Below are positions 1 through 8,300 of a stretch of DNA of 64,000 nt, in pieces; within the stretch, counting starts at the first letter, position 1, and each line of letters opens with the position of its first letter. The position numbers and the translations under genes were made by a program. The notes beneath the pieces were generated by a model that was not told where the DNA came from, searched no databases, and was given only the letters and a program-made list of their open reading frames with translations. This DNA comes from an uncultured Alphaproteobacteria bacterium (GTDB taxonomy: Bacteria; Pseudomonadota; Alphaproteobacteria; Puniceispirillales; Puniceispirillaceae): NCBI GenBank assembly GCA_964000485.1, contig CAXEYO010000002.1, positions 11,999 to 75,998 of the forward strand, in the 5' to 3' direction.

Positions 1-55
1 TGTGTGCTTTTTGCAAAAACCAATGATACTCCGGTTTACGGATCATGCACATGAT

Positions 56-1189
56 CTAGTAATTGATTTCGATCTCTATTCTTCTGTTTTTAGAGCGGCC
101 AGCTGCTGTATCATTGCTGTCTACGGGGCGGCTTTCACCATAGCTGATAGCTTCAAGCCGGTTATCTGTTATTACCCCGTCAGCGGATAGAGACTGCACT
201 ACCGAGGCAGATCGAGCAGCGGCCAAATCCCAATTGTCGCGATAGCGCGAACCAAATATCAGGGGTACATCGTCCGTATGTCCGGAAACAGTGATTTCAG
301 AATCGTTTTCAGAATTCACCCCCGCGATCTGTTGCATGATGGAAATTGCTTCGGGGGTTAGATCAGCTGAACCTGACGCAAAGGCTCCTCCTGCACCCAC
401 GGTGACGATTACCCTGTCTTCATCCTGTTCGACAGCGACCAGACCTTGGTCGATCTGCTGTTTTAGGGCGATTTTTAACTCATCGGCAGCTTTGGTCGCA
501 TCATCTTTAGATTTCTGTATGTTTTCAGCTTGTTCCTGAGCCTGTTCTGTTAGCTCTGCTGTGGCCTTTGCCAACTGCTCCAGTGTACCTTCAAGACCAC
601 CAAACATTACTTCTTGGTCAGACTTGCCTGCAGCTGATTTTGCCCGCTCAACCGCATTCAGTGTTTTCTGTAGTAATTGAGGAAGGTCCTGTTCTTCAGC
701 CTCGGTCGGCGTGAAATTTACAATGACTTTTTCACCTAGGGTCTGGACTTCAATATCGCCTCTGGCAATAGCTTCTTCCAGGGCTTTTACAACATCATCA
801 GCGCTATCCTTAGAATCACCTTCACCGTCTTTTGTTTTGTTCTGCACTTCCAGATCAGGTTGATTGACCTGCGTGGTCTGCTGGGTCATTTCATTTGTTA
901 CTGATTTGCTAGGAGATGGGCTAAAATTCAGCGACAGAACGGTTGTGCCTTTCGGTTGTTCAACGATCGGCACAACTTTCTGCACACCAAACGCATTACG
1001 CAGAGAACCTGAAATCTGTTTAAATTTGGGAACGTTAAATTCTGCAAAAGAAAGGATCAGCACAAAGAAGGCCATCAGCAAGGTGGCCATATCAGCGAAT
1101 GTTGCCATCCATGCCGGGGCGCCGACAGGAGGGCATTTCGGACATTCCTCCTGTTCCTCTTCAATTTCCTGTGCTGCATCTTCTGCCAT
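56..1189 (-). CDS. motB: Flagellar stator B subunit (MotB/PomB type)
   Basis: N-terminal WMATFADMATLLMAFFVLILSF TM helix with the conserved Asp; C-terminal OmpA-like peptidoglycan-binding domain (GHTDD, NWDLAAARS, NRRIEI); follows motA. Confidence 0.95.
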   Translation of the reverse strand: MAEDAAQEIEEEQEECPKCPPVGAPAWMATFADMATLLMAFFVLILSFAEFNVPKFKQISGSLRNAFGVQKVVPIVEQPKGTTVLSLNFSPSPSKSVTNEMTQQTTQVNQPDLEVQNKTKDGEGDSKDSADDVVKALEEAIARGDIEVQTLGEKVIVNFTPTEAEEQDLPQLLQKTLNAVERAKSAAGKSDQEVMFGGLEGTLEQLAKATAELTEQAQEQAENIQKSKDDATKAADELKIALKQQIDQGLVAVEQDEDRVIVTVGAGGAFASGSADLTPEAISIMQQIAGVNSENDSEITVSGHTDDVPLIFGSRYRDNWDLAAARSASVVQSLSADGVITDNRLEAISYGESRPVDSNDTAAGRSKNRRIEIEINY

Positions 1190-1244
1190 TATATCTGCCT
1201 TTATCGTGAATCTGGTGTCTCAGCTCAAGGATGTTGTTCTAACC

Positions 1245-2006
1245 TTATGCCATTTCCATTTTTTCCTGCATCTTTGGTGCAAGATTAGCGACCATCTGAT
1301 CTTGGATATTTCGTGGAGATTCACTGCGGGCGATGTTACGCAGGCCGGTGACGACCATGTCTCGATATACAAGCTCATATTCGGTGTATTTTTCCAGCTT
1401 GTTCAGCAAAGGCAAAAACAGAACATTGGCGATAATCGCACCATACATTGTGGTCAGCAAGGCTACGGCCATCGCAGGACCAATAGCTTTCGGGTCAGAC
1501 ATATTACCTAGCATCAACACAAGACCAATCAGCGTGCCGACCATGCCCATTGCAGGGGCAATATCAATCCAGGCCTTGACTGCATTTTGGTTAACTTCGT
1601 GGCGGTTTTTCATCGCCTTAATTTCTTTGTTCAGCTGGGTCACAAGCTTAGCTTCATCTGCGCCATCAACTAGCATTTGCAAGCCTTTCTGGAAAAACTT
1701 GTCAGGCACTTCCTGACCTTCAAGAGCCATCATACCATCTTTCCGAGCAATCCCTGATAGCTCAACCATGCGCTCTATAAGCTCATCCATCTTTTTAATT
1801 GGTGGTAAAAAAGCTTTTGCCATAGCTCCAAAGTGACCAAGAAAAACAGGCATTGGAACAGCATAAAGAACCAGAAACGCTGTTCCTCCAAAAACAATCA
1901 GGATAGATGGCACGTCAACGAACGGGGCAATTCCGCCACCTGATATCATCGCACCTAGGATCATGCCAATCCCGCCGATAAGCCCAATAAGAGACGCTAT
2001 ATCCAT
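1245..2006 (-). CDS. motA: Flagellar stator A subunit (MotA/PomA type)
   Basis: Start placed at MDIASLIGLIGG; motifs APAMGMVGTLIGLV and IGPAMAVALLTTMYG. Confidence 0.95.
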   Translation of the reverse strand: MDIASLIGLIGGIGMILGAMISGGGIAPFVDVPSILIVFGGTAFLVLYAVPMPVFLGHFGAMAKAFLPPIKKMDELIERMVELSGIARKDGMMALEGQEVPDKFFQKGLQMLVDGADEAKLVTQLNKEIKAMKNRHEVNQNAVKAWIDIAPAMGMVGTLIGLVLMLGNMSDPKAIGPAMAVALLTTMYGAIIANVLFLPLLNKLEKYTEYELVYRDMVVTGLRNIARSESPRNIQDQMVANLAPKMQEKMEMA

Positions 2007-2071
2007 AAGCAATTCACCTGTTTTTCCTGTTATATTATCAGTAGGCAGTTGAACTGCCGACGCTCTAAAAA

Positions 2072-2087
2072 TGCAAGTTTGATACCA
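2072..2087 (-). promoter_or_regulatory. sigma-54 -24/-12 promoter for motAB
   Basis: Minus strand reads TGGTATCAAACTTGCA (GG-N10-GC), about 65 nt upstream of the motA ATG. Confidence 0.7.
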
Positions 2088-2218
2088 AAAAAGGTTTAAA
2101 ACTGTATTTTTGGCCTGTTTTGCCTGCCCGGTAGGACAGACCTTCAGAGAACATGTCCTCAAACTTACTGCTGTTTTTCACATGGTTATTATATACAAAT
2201 ATGCTTATATTTGAAAAT

Positions 2219-2773
2219 ATGAAGAGAGACTCCTATCAATTAGGTCAGATTTGCAGTTTTCTGCAGCTAAGAGCATGGCTGATATGCTTTAGTCTTGGTC
2301 TTCTTGGCAACATTGGCGGGATTTTGGCTGTAGCTACGCCTGTTCATGCTCAGACTCCAACAAACGGGGCTTATATAATTAAGGATGACAAGGTTATTGA
2401 TCTGCGTTCTGGTGTCGAATGGCTGCGTTGTTCTTTAGGTCAGCAATTTGATGAGGGGGATTGCACAGGAGAGGTGCTCCGCCTGACACAGAATGAGGTG
2501 GCTGAAGCTATTCGGATTGCCAACCGCGAACTGGGTGGGATATGGCGCCTACCTACCCGCAAAGAACTTGAATTTCTGGTCTGCAAAAGCTGTCCTGCAC
2601 CGAAAATTGATAAATCTGTATTTCCAGGAACAGTTTCTGAACCTTACTGGACAGGGCAACGGAACTGGATTTCTCCAAAAAATCTCTGGTCAGTCAATTT
2701 TATGACCGGCCACAGCTATGGCCGGTTTTTCCCCTATCAGCGGTTGGCAGTCCGTCTCGTTCGCACACGCTAA
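2219..2773 (+). CDS. Secreted DUF1566 (Lcl C-terminal-like) protein; start uncertain
   Basis: Signal peptide ending PVHA; motifs D..SG..W.RCSLGQ, WRLPTRKEL, YWT, terminal VRLVR. Confidence 0.8.
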   Translation: MKRDSYQLGQICSFLQLRAWLICFSLGLLGNIGGILAVATPVHAQTPTNGAYIIKDDKVIDLRSGVEWLRCSLGQQFDEGDCTGEVLRLTQNEVAEAIRIANRELGGIWRLPTRKELEFLVCKSCPAPKIDKSVFPGTVSEPYWTGQRNWISPKNLWSVNFMTGHSYGRFFPYQRLAVRLVRTR

Positions 2774-3024
2774 CGCTCTTTAGAGTGGTGACTTGTCAGT
2801 CTCTGTCTTTTTTTATGTGACCAGAATTTAAATCCAAATAAAAATACAGGCAGGCCAGCAAAGGCCCAGCCAAACATCGAAGGTGTCAGTCCAGCCAGCT
2901 TATCTAGCAAGTCATGTGCCAGCACACCAAAGACAACCACACCTAAAATCATCGCCAGATAAACCCTCAGGATCTGGCAACGTCGACAGGGCTCACGTTT
3001 AACCTCTGTGCGGGTTGAAAACAT
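2770..3024 (-). CDS. Small two-TM hypothetical membrane protein
   Basis: 84 aa, CRRC motif, two hydrophobic helices, GGAG upstream, fills the gap between real genes. Confidence 0.6.
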   Translation of the reverse strand: MFSTRTEVKREPCRRCQILRVYLAMILGVVVFGVLAHDLLDKLAGLTPSMFGWAFAGLPVFLFGFKFWSHKKRQRLTSHHSKER

Positions 3025-3208
3025 TTTCTGATTCAGCTCCCTGATTTTACCGATTGCACTGACTGTAAGTCACGCGAAACAGTTTGGTTTTCTTGTCTGA
3101 ATTCTGACATGAAGTGAAAAAAAATTTTAACTAAAATTTTTAACCAATTGAAAAAATTTAAAAAATTGTGTTGAAAATCTGACAAATCGTCCTGTCAAAC
3201 GTTTATTT

Positions 3209-3224
3209 TGCAAAACTTGTGCCG
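3209..3224 (-). promoter_or_regulatory. sigma-54 -24/-12 site in the rpoN leader, oriented away from rpoN
   Basis: Minus strand reads CGGCACAAGTTTTGCA (GGCAC-N5-TTGCA). Confidence 0.7.
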
Positions 3225-3269
3225 TCTGAGCAACGTGATTTTTGTAGAGTACATGAAGGGAGACATGTT

Positions 3270-4784
3270 ATGCAATTATCACAGTCCATAAAACTGCGCC
3301 AGAAACAGTCGCTGGTGATGACACCACAGCTGCAACAGGCGATTAAGCTGTTACAGATGACCAATCTGGAATTGTCCCAGCATTTGCAGGAACAAATGTA
3401 CGATAACCCATTTCTGGAAGTCACCGGGGCAACTGAAACAGAGCTGAGCGAAACAGCCAAACATTCTGGTGGCCCGGCAGACTCTGAAGTCCTGAATAAG
3501 AACTTGACAGCCACCGAAGGTCAAAATGATGTATCTGCTTTGCGCGAAAGTGCAGCTCTGGCTGATGATCCAACTCAAACTCAAGAAATTGAGAACCGCT
3601 TTGACACCGCTCTTGTTGATATGCCGAGTAATCCTGGTGTAAGAAATAATTTTGCTGATGGTGATTTTGACCCGATTGACAGCCTAACTTCTGAAGACGG
3701 GTTTTACCCGATGCTGTTCAAACAGATGAATTTGACTTTTTCCAATTCAGCTGACCGGATTATTGCTACACACTTTATCAATGCACTTGAACCATCTGGC
3801 TGGATTGGCAATTCGGTAGAGGCTATCGCCGAAGAAAGTGGCTGCTCAGTTGAGCAGGCAGAGACCGTACTGGCCGCGTTACAGGGGTTTGAGCCTGCTG
3901 GTTTGTTCGCCCGCGATTTGGCCGAGTGTTTAAAAATTCAGCTGATTGAGAACAACAAGTTTTCCCCCTTATTTGAGCAGCTTTTGGATAATCTTGAACA
4001 ACTTGGCCGCGGTGAGATTAAACAACTGGCTCGCAAATTTAAGTGCACCCCCGAAGATATTGTCGAGATGCTTTCGATTATCCGTACGTTAAACCCTAAG
4101 CCAGGTGAACATCTTGGGATTGAATTCCGAGAAATGCCCAGCCCGGACGTCATTGTGACTCGTAAAAAACAGGGTTGGTCAGTTGAACTAAACCGGTCAA
4201 CCCTCCCATCGGTTTTGGTGAATGAACATTATGCCGAGCTGATGGCTAAACAGAAACGTGCTGATCAGGCGGTGCAGGATTATTCCGCAGAAACATTGAC
4301 AAATGCGCGCTGGCTAAAACGCGCAGTTGAGCAACGTAATCAGACAACATTGAAAATCAGTGCCGAGATAATCCGTCACCAGACTGACTTTCTTGAAAAA
4401 GGTCTAGACTATCTAAAACCCTTGTCTTTGCGGGATGTGGCGCTTGCTGTTGGCATGCATGAAAGTACAGTGAGCCGAGTGACAACTGGTTTGCTAATTT
4501 CTACACCGCGAGGCGGCATGCCACTTAAGTCTTTCTTCAGCGTCAATATCGCTTCGCGTGATTCAGATATGAATGCCTCTGCTGCTTCTGTACGGAATAT
4601 GGTTAAGAAAATTATTTCACAAGAAGTTCCAGGGAAACCGCTTAGCGATGAAGCCATTTCAAAAGTGATTTCAGAACAGGGCATTGACTTGGCCCGCCGT
4701 ACGGTTGCGAAATACCGCGAAATGCTAAACATTCCATCCTCTTCCCAGCGGCGGATGCGAGCCAGATTATCTGAATTCCGCTAA
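3270..4784 (+). CDS. rpoN: RNA polymerase sigma-54 factor
   Basis: Region I QKQSLVMTPQLQQAIKLLQ; HESTVSR helix-turn-helix; RpoN box ARRTVAKYRE. Confidence 0.98.
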   Translation: MQLSQSIKLRQKQSLVMTPQLQQAIKLLQMTNLELSQHLQEQMYDNPFLEVTGATETELSETAKHSGGPADSEVLNKNLTATEGQNDVSALRESAALADDPTQTQEIENRFDTALVDMPSNPGVRNNFADGDFDPIDSLTSEDGFYPMLFKQMNLTFSNSADRIIATHFINALEPSGWIGNSVEAIAEESGCSVEQAETVLAALQGFEPAGLFARDLAECLKIQLIENNKFSPLFEQLLDNLEQLGRGEIKQLARKFKCTPEDIVEMLSIIRTLNPKPGEHLGIEFREMPSPDVIVTRKKQGWSVELNRSTLPSVLVNEHYAELMAKQKRADQAVQDYSAETLTNARWLKRAVEQRNQTTLKISAEIIRHQTDFLEKGLDYLKPLSLRDVALAVGMHESTVSRVTTGLLISTPRGGMPLKSFFSVNIASRDSDMNASAASVRNMVKKIISQEVPGKPLSDEAISKVISEQGIDLARRTVAKYREMLNIPSSSQRRMRARLSEFR

Positions 4785-4843
4785 GAATCGGACGAAAACT
4801 TCTCAGTTTCTCCCAAAGCCTCAGTTGAATGTGGCTTTACTTT

Positions 4844-4875
4844 CCCCGGCGGTTCGAAACCGTCGGGGTTTTTTT
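4844..4875 (+). terminator. Rho-independent terminator after rpoN
   Basis: CCCCGGCGGTT-CGA-AACCGTCGGGG stem followed by T7. Confidence 0.85.
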
Positions 4876-4900
4876 AATACAAAAGCGTTACGGGAGAAGA

Positions 4901-5080
4901 TCAGCGTTTGGCAACCATTGCAGAGAGTTTTGCGGTCATTTCACGTTCATGCTCGCTGGCTTCATATTCATGCAAATACAATCCCAGCGGTATCAGATTC
5001 TCACAAATAGGCTCATCGTTCTGATCAAATTCAACAAATTTGATGGCCATTTTTTCTGCAGGCTGTTTTTTTGCACGCAT
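4901..5080 (-). CDS. 59-aa hypothetical protein (MRAKKQPAEK...)
   Basis: AAGAAGGA ribosome-binding site upstream and a consensus sigma-54 promoter about 50 nt upstream. Confidence 0.6.
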   Translation of the reverse strand: MRAKKQPAEKMAIKFVEFDQNDEPICENLIPLGLYLHEYEASEHEREMTAKLSAMVAKR

Positions 5081-5132
5081 ATTTCTAGTCCTTCTTATCC
5101 GATGCCTAATACTGGGCAAACACACTAGAAAC

Positions 5133-5149
5133 TGCAACCTCTGTGCCAG
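5133..5149 (-). promoter_or_regulatory. sigma-54 -24/-12 promoter
   Basis: Minus strand reads CTGGCACAGAGGTTGCA, a full match to TGGCAC-N5-TTGCA. Confidence 0.8.
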
Positions 5150-5198
5150 ACCTGGAACAAAGGTGCTTAACAGGTTTAAAAAACAGAAAATTGTTTGC

Positions 5199-6545
5199 TT
5201 ACATCTCGCCTGACAAAGCACCAGTGATTGTCAATTTATGGCCATAGGTGAAAAAATCTTCAGGGTCACTTGATTTACCATTAATCCGGATCTCATAATG
5301 AAGATGCATACCATCTGAATGACCTGTGTTACCCATTGTGCCCAATATATCCTGTGTAGTTACAAAGCTGCCTTTGCTGACCAGTACAGAGGACAGATGC
5401 GCATAAACAGTCTCAATGCCATGGGCGTGCTGGACCCTGACCACTTTCCCAAAACCGCCATCCCGTCCAGAAAATGTTACAACGCCGCTGGCTGAAGGAC
5501 GCAGCTTGGCTTTCCAGGTTCCTGCCAGGTCGACTCCGTGATGAAACCGCGTCACTCCGGTCTTTTTATTAGTGCGCATGCCATAAGGGCTTGTCACATA
5601 ATAATAGCGCAAAGGGGCCTGCAATGGCAGCATATGCAACAATTCACGCCAGGTGTCTCGGTAAAGATACAGCGCAGGCACATGTTCTTCAGCAGCGGCA
5701 AGTGCAGGGTTCCATTGTTCAGGTTCGCTGTCAGGAGTGATCCCCAGTTTGTCCAACATGATTTTTATACGCTCAACCTCTTTAAGTACTTTGGCAAAAC
5801 GTCTATGCAGCTTCATTTGTGGATTTTGTAGAGGTGGGTTGCCCAGTCCGTCAAAACTGACAAATTCAGGGTCCATGGGCTCAGCAGCAGGGCGAGCAAC
5901 AGGGGTGGCTACCACTTCAACTTTCCGTTCAGCAGATTCTAGATTGCTGTCTTTCTGAAGGGCCGATAGTGAGGAGACTAACTCATCATTCGGCTCTTCA
6001 ATATCTGAATATTGCCGGGGCTCTATGATGATCGCCTGCTGGAGGGCCAACAGACTCGTTTTTTGCTCGTTATTCTCCTCTAAGGGCAATTTTTGCTCAG
6101 ATACGTCGTCCAGTTCTGGCAAATGGATTTGGTCATTAGATGATGGCAAATGTGGAGACAATAAGGTCGTTATAACTGAATCTTCCAAAAGAGGTGGCCA
6201 GGCTGTCTTAGCATCTTTTGGGTTTGTTTGTTCAGATATTGTAGGAATGCGTGTGGCCAGCTGTTTTACGAAGCTGAGAGAGGACAATGATGAAAAAGAG
6301 GGTAGATTTGGCAAGGCAGGGGCCAATAAAATAAGAACAGTAAGACCGATCCCACCAGTGAATCCAGAGATAATATGTGTGGGCCGTAGGCAGAATTCTA
6401 TTGGGCCGTTAGCGCTTAAAAATAAGAAACGTGTTTCACGGATGAACAGACGATTCTGCGTTGTTGAAAAGCGCATATGTTCACTGTCGGAATCAACCGC
6501 TGGCGGCAGAACTGAAGCCAGTCTATGTATCACCCAGCTGAACAT
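5199..6545 (-). CDS. Membrane-anchored M23 family endopeptidase (LmdC/DUF5930-like N-terminus)
   Basis: HHGVDLA (HxxxD) and HLH zinc motifs, TSPYGMR, YAHLS; N-terminal ETRFLFLS..G..EFCLRP segment before a TM helix. Confidence 0.9.
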   Translation of the reverse strand: MFSWVIHRLASVLPPAVDSDSEHMRFSTTQNRLFIRETRFLFLSANGPIEFCLRPTHIISGFTGGIGLTVLILLAPALPNLPSFSSLSSLSFVKQLATRIPTISEQTNPKDAKTAWPPLLEDSVITTLLSPHLPSSNDQIHLPELDDVSEQKLPLEENNEQKTSLLALQQAIIIEPRQYSDIEEPNDELVSSLSALQKDSNLESAERKVEVVATPVARPAAEPMDPEFVSFDGLGNPPLQNPQMKLHRRFAKVLKEVERIKIMLDKLGITPDSEPEQWNPALAAAEEHVPALYLYRDTWRELLHMLPLQAPLRYYYVTSPYGMRTNKKTGVTRFHHGVDLAGTWKAKLRPSASGVVTFSGRDGGFGKVVRVQHAHGIETVYAHLSSVLVSKGSFVTTQDILGTMGNTGHSDGMHLHYEIRINGKSSDPEDFFTYGHKLTITGALSGEM

Positions 6546-6554
6546 AACCAGTCC

Positions 6555-6932
6555 TCATTTGAGCAGCAAAATCGCCATCAATATCACATTTGAGAACAGT
6601 TGCAGAATTATCAGCGTGATTATTAGGCCACTTGACTGCCTATTCTTAATATTGAGGTTAAAGGAAGGCATTGACATGGCTTTGGTCAGCGCATTATGCA
6701 TGGCGATGGTGGTATCGGTCACGCCTGTCCGCTTTTTTTCTAAAGATTGTTGATCATCAATTGACGCGTCGGCATCGGGCTGATTCAGCGAAGCATCCTG
6801 AATTGAAAAATTTACATCATCGCGTAGTTTCTCGTCAGGCAGATTGTAGCTGTGTTTAGATACAATCGCCTCTGACACCTCATTTCTGATTTTTTCGATC
6901 CGTTTGCGGATATCAATTACGTCAACGACCAT
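6555..6932 (-). CDS. Hypothetical protein with a C-terminal membrane anchor
   Basis: 125 aa ending in a hydrophobic helix; 9 nt upstream of the M23 gene on the same strand. Confidence 0.65.
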   Translation of the reverse strand: MVVDVIDIRKRIEKIRNEVSEAIVSKHSYNLPDEKLRDDVNFSIQDASLNQPDADASIDDQQSLEKKRTGVTDTTIAMHNALTKAMSMPSFNLNIKNRQSSGLIITLIILQLFSNVILMAILLLK

Positions 6933-7130
6933 TGATTTTTGCCTTTGCCCTTCTCAATTGAACCAACACTCTGTATTGTACAACGTCTCAAACAAGCAAG
7001 CATTTATAGCTGATGTAGTGTTTCGAGTTATTTTGGTCTATTCTACATTAGTAAATCCGTTCTTGTTGAGTCATTGTGCCTGAGAACATGAGGGTAAACC
7101 ATTTAACCTATTGATACAGCAGTATAAATT

Positions 7131-7520
7131 ATGTTTGGAAATAAACCGGCCCAAGGGTCTTCAACGCCGCAGACAGCAAATATAGGCGCAAGTATACGCA
7201 TTAAGGGTGAGATTGATTCGCCTGAGCATGTCTTTTTGGCAGGTAGTCTCGATGGTGACATTACCTGTGATCAGCTAACAGTTGATAGGACAGGCCGGGT
7301 CACAGGCAAGATAACAGCTAAGCTTGCTGTAATTGATGGCCATGTTGATGGTGATATTGTGGTTGATCGGCTGCAGATTAAATCAAAGGCTGTGGTCAAG
7401 GGCTCACTCACTTACAAGAGCATTGAGGTGGCTGAAGGCGCGCAGATTGACGGCAATTTTGTGCAAGTAACACAAAAGCCGCAAAAAGACGCGGTTACTC
7501 TACCAAAAACTAAAAAATAA
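7131..7520 (+). CDS. Bactofilin (polymer-forming cytoskeletal protein) 1
   Basis: IGASIRIKGEI...G.V.G.I...I.G.V.G beta-helix repeats, GAQIDG; MFGNK N-terminus. Confidence 0.9.
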   Translation: MFGNKPAQGSSTPQTANIGASIRIKGEIDSPEHVFLAGSLDGDITCDQLTVDRTGRVTGKITAKLAVIDGHVDGDIVVDRLQIKSKAVVKGSLTYKSIEVAEGAQIDGNFVQVTQKPQKDAVTLPKTKK

Positions 7521-7531
7521 ACAGGCAGAGC

Positions 7532-7969
7532 ATGTCAGAAACCGGGTCCCGTAAGTCAGTTATTGGCGCAGGTGCTACCTTCACTGGGAAGCTGGTTAAG
7601 GCGTCTGCGCTGGATATTCACGGTGAGATTAATGCCGATGTCTCAACAGAACGTCTTCATCTTCATGAGGGGGCCAAACTTGCGGGAGATCTTGACATTA
7701 AGCTGGGCGTGTTTGCTGGCGAATATAAGGGTAGAATGAGAGCCTCTAGTGTTTGGATAATGCGCACAGCCCGCATTTTTGGCGAGATTGAGTACAACGC
7801 GCTGCAGATGGACAGAGGTGCGGCACTGAACTGTCATATTCTGCATAATTGGGCAGAACTTGAAGATGCAGGTTTAGATCCTTTAGCTATAACAGAAGCT
7901 GGGTTTTTGACAGACCTGCATGATCCTGTGCCGGCCGACAAGACAGACGAACAGGCCTCCGATGAGTGA
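7532..7969 (+). CDS. Bactofilin 2
   Basis: SVIGAGATFTGKL, TARIFGEIEY, MDRGAALN. Confidence 0.8.
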   Translation: MSETGSRKSVIGAGATFTGKLVKASALDIHGEINADVSTERLHLHEGAKLAGDLDIKLGVFAGEYKGRMRASSVWIMRTARIFGEIEYNALQMDRGAALNCHILHNWAELEDAGLDPLAITEAGFLTDLHDPVPADKTDEQASDE

Positions 7970-8300
7970 CTCAACTTATATTGGTATTGATTTAAAGTTG
8001 ACAGGTGTCTTCCATGCCCCTGGACAGACTGTTGTAATTGCCGGGCGCTTTGAAGGCGAAATGACAGCAGGTTCAGTTGAGATTACCAAGGAAGCTGTAT
8101 TTGAAGGGCTAGTCAGGGCAACTGAAATGGACATTGCGGGCCGTTTCAATGGGGTGCTTGAGACAGACCATCTGACTATTTCGGAACAGGCGGTGGTTGC
8201 TGGTGAAATGGTCGCCCATGCGTTATCAGTGGATGCTGGTGCTGATATTTCTGGCACTGTGAGGCGCAAGCCTGATCAGACAAGCTCGTCATCTAGCTGA
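7962..8300 (+). CDS. Bactofilin 3
   Basis: TYIGIDLKLTG, IAGRFEGEM, AVVAGEM, VDAGADISG; start overlaps the previous stop. Confidence 0.85.
   Translation: MSDSTYIGIDLKLTGVFHAPGQTVVIAGRFEGEMTAGSVEITKEAVFEGLVRATEMDIAGRFNGVLETDHLTISEQAVVAGEMVAHALSVDAGADISGTVRRKPDQTSSSSS

Noticed and set aside
2219-2773. DUF1566 gene as a diversity-generating retroelement target
   Set aside because: No reverse transcriptase or template repeat is visible in the window
3121-3145. Possible CtrA boxes near rpoN (also near 5167, 7095 and 30994)
   Set aside because: Spacing or half-sites do not fit TTAA-N7-TTAA, and such matches are expected in AT-rich DNA
4844-4870. GGTTCGAAACC resembling a tRNA T-arm
   Set aside because: No cloverleaf or acceptor stem; it is the loop of the rpoN terminator
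6025-6753. 242-aa plus-strand ORF and other long antisense ORFs (864-1511, 56774-57340)
   Set aside because: They are shadows of well-supported opposite-strand genes and have no recognisable motifs
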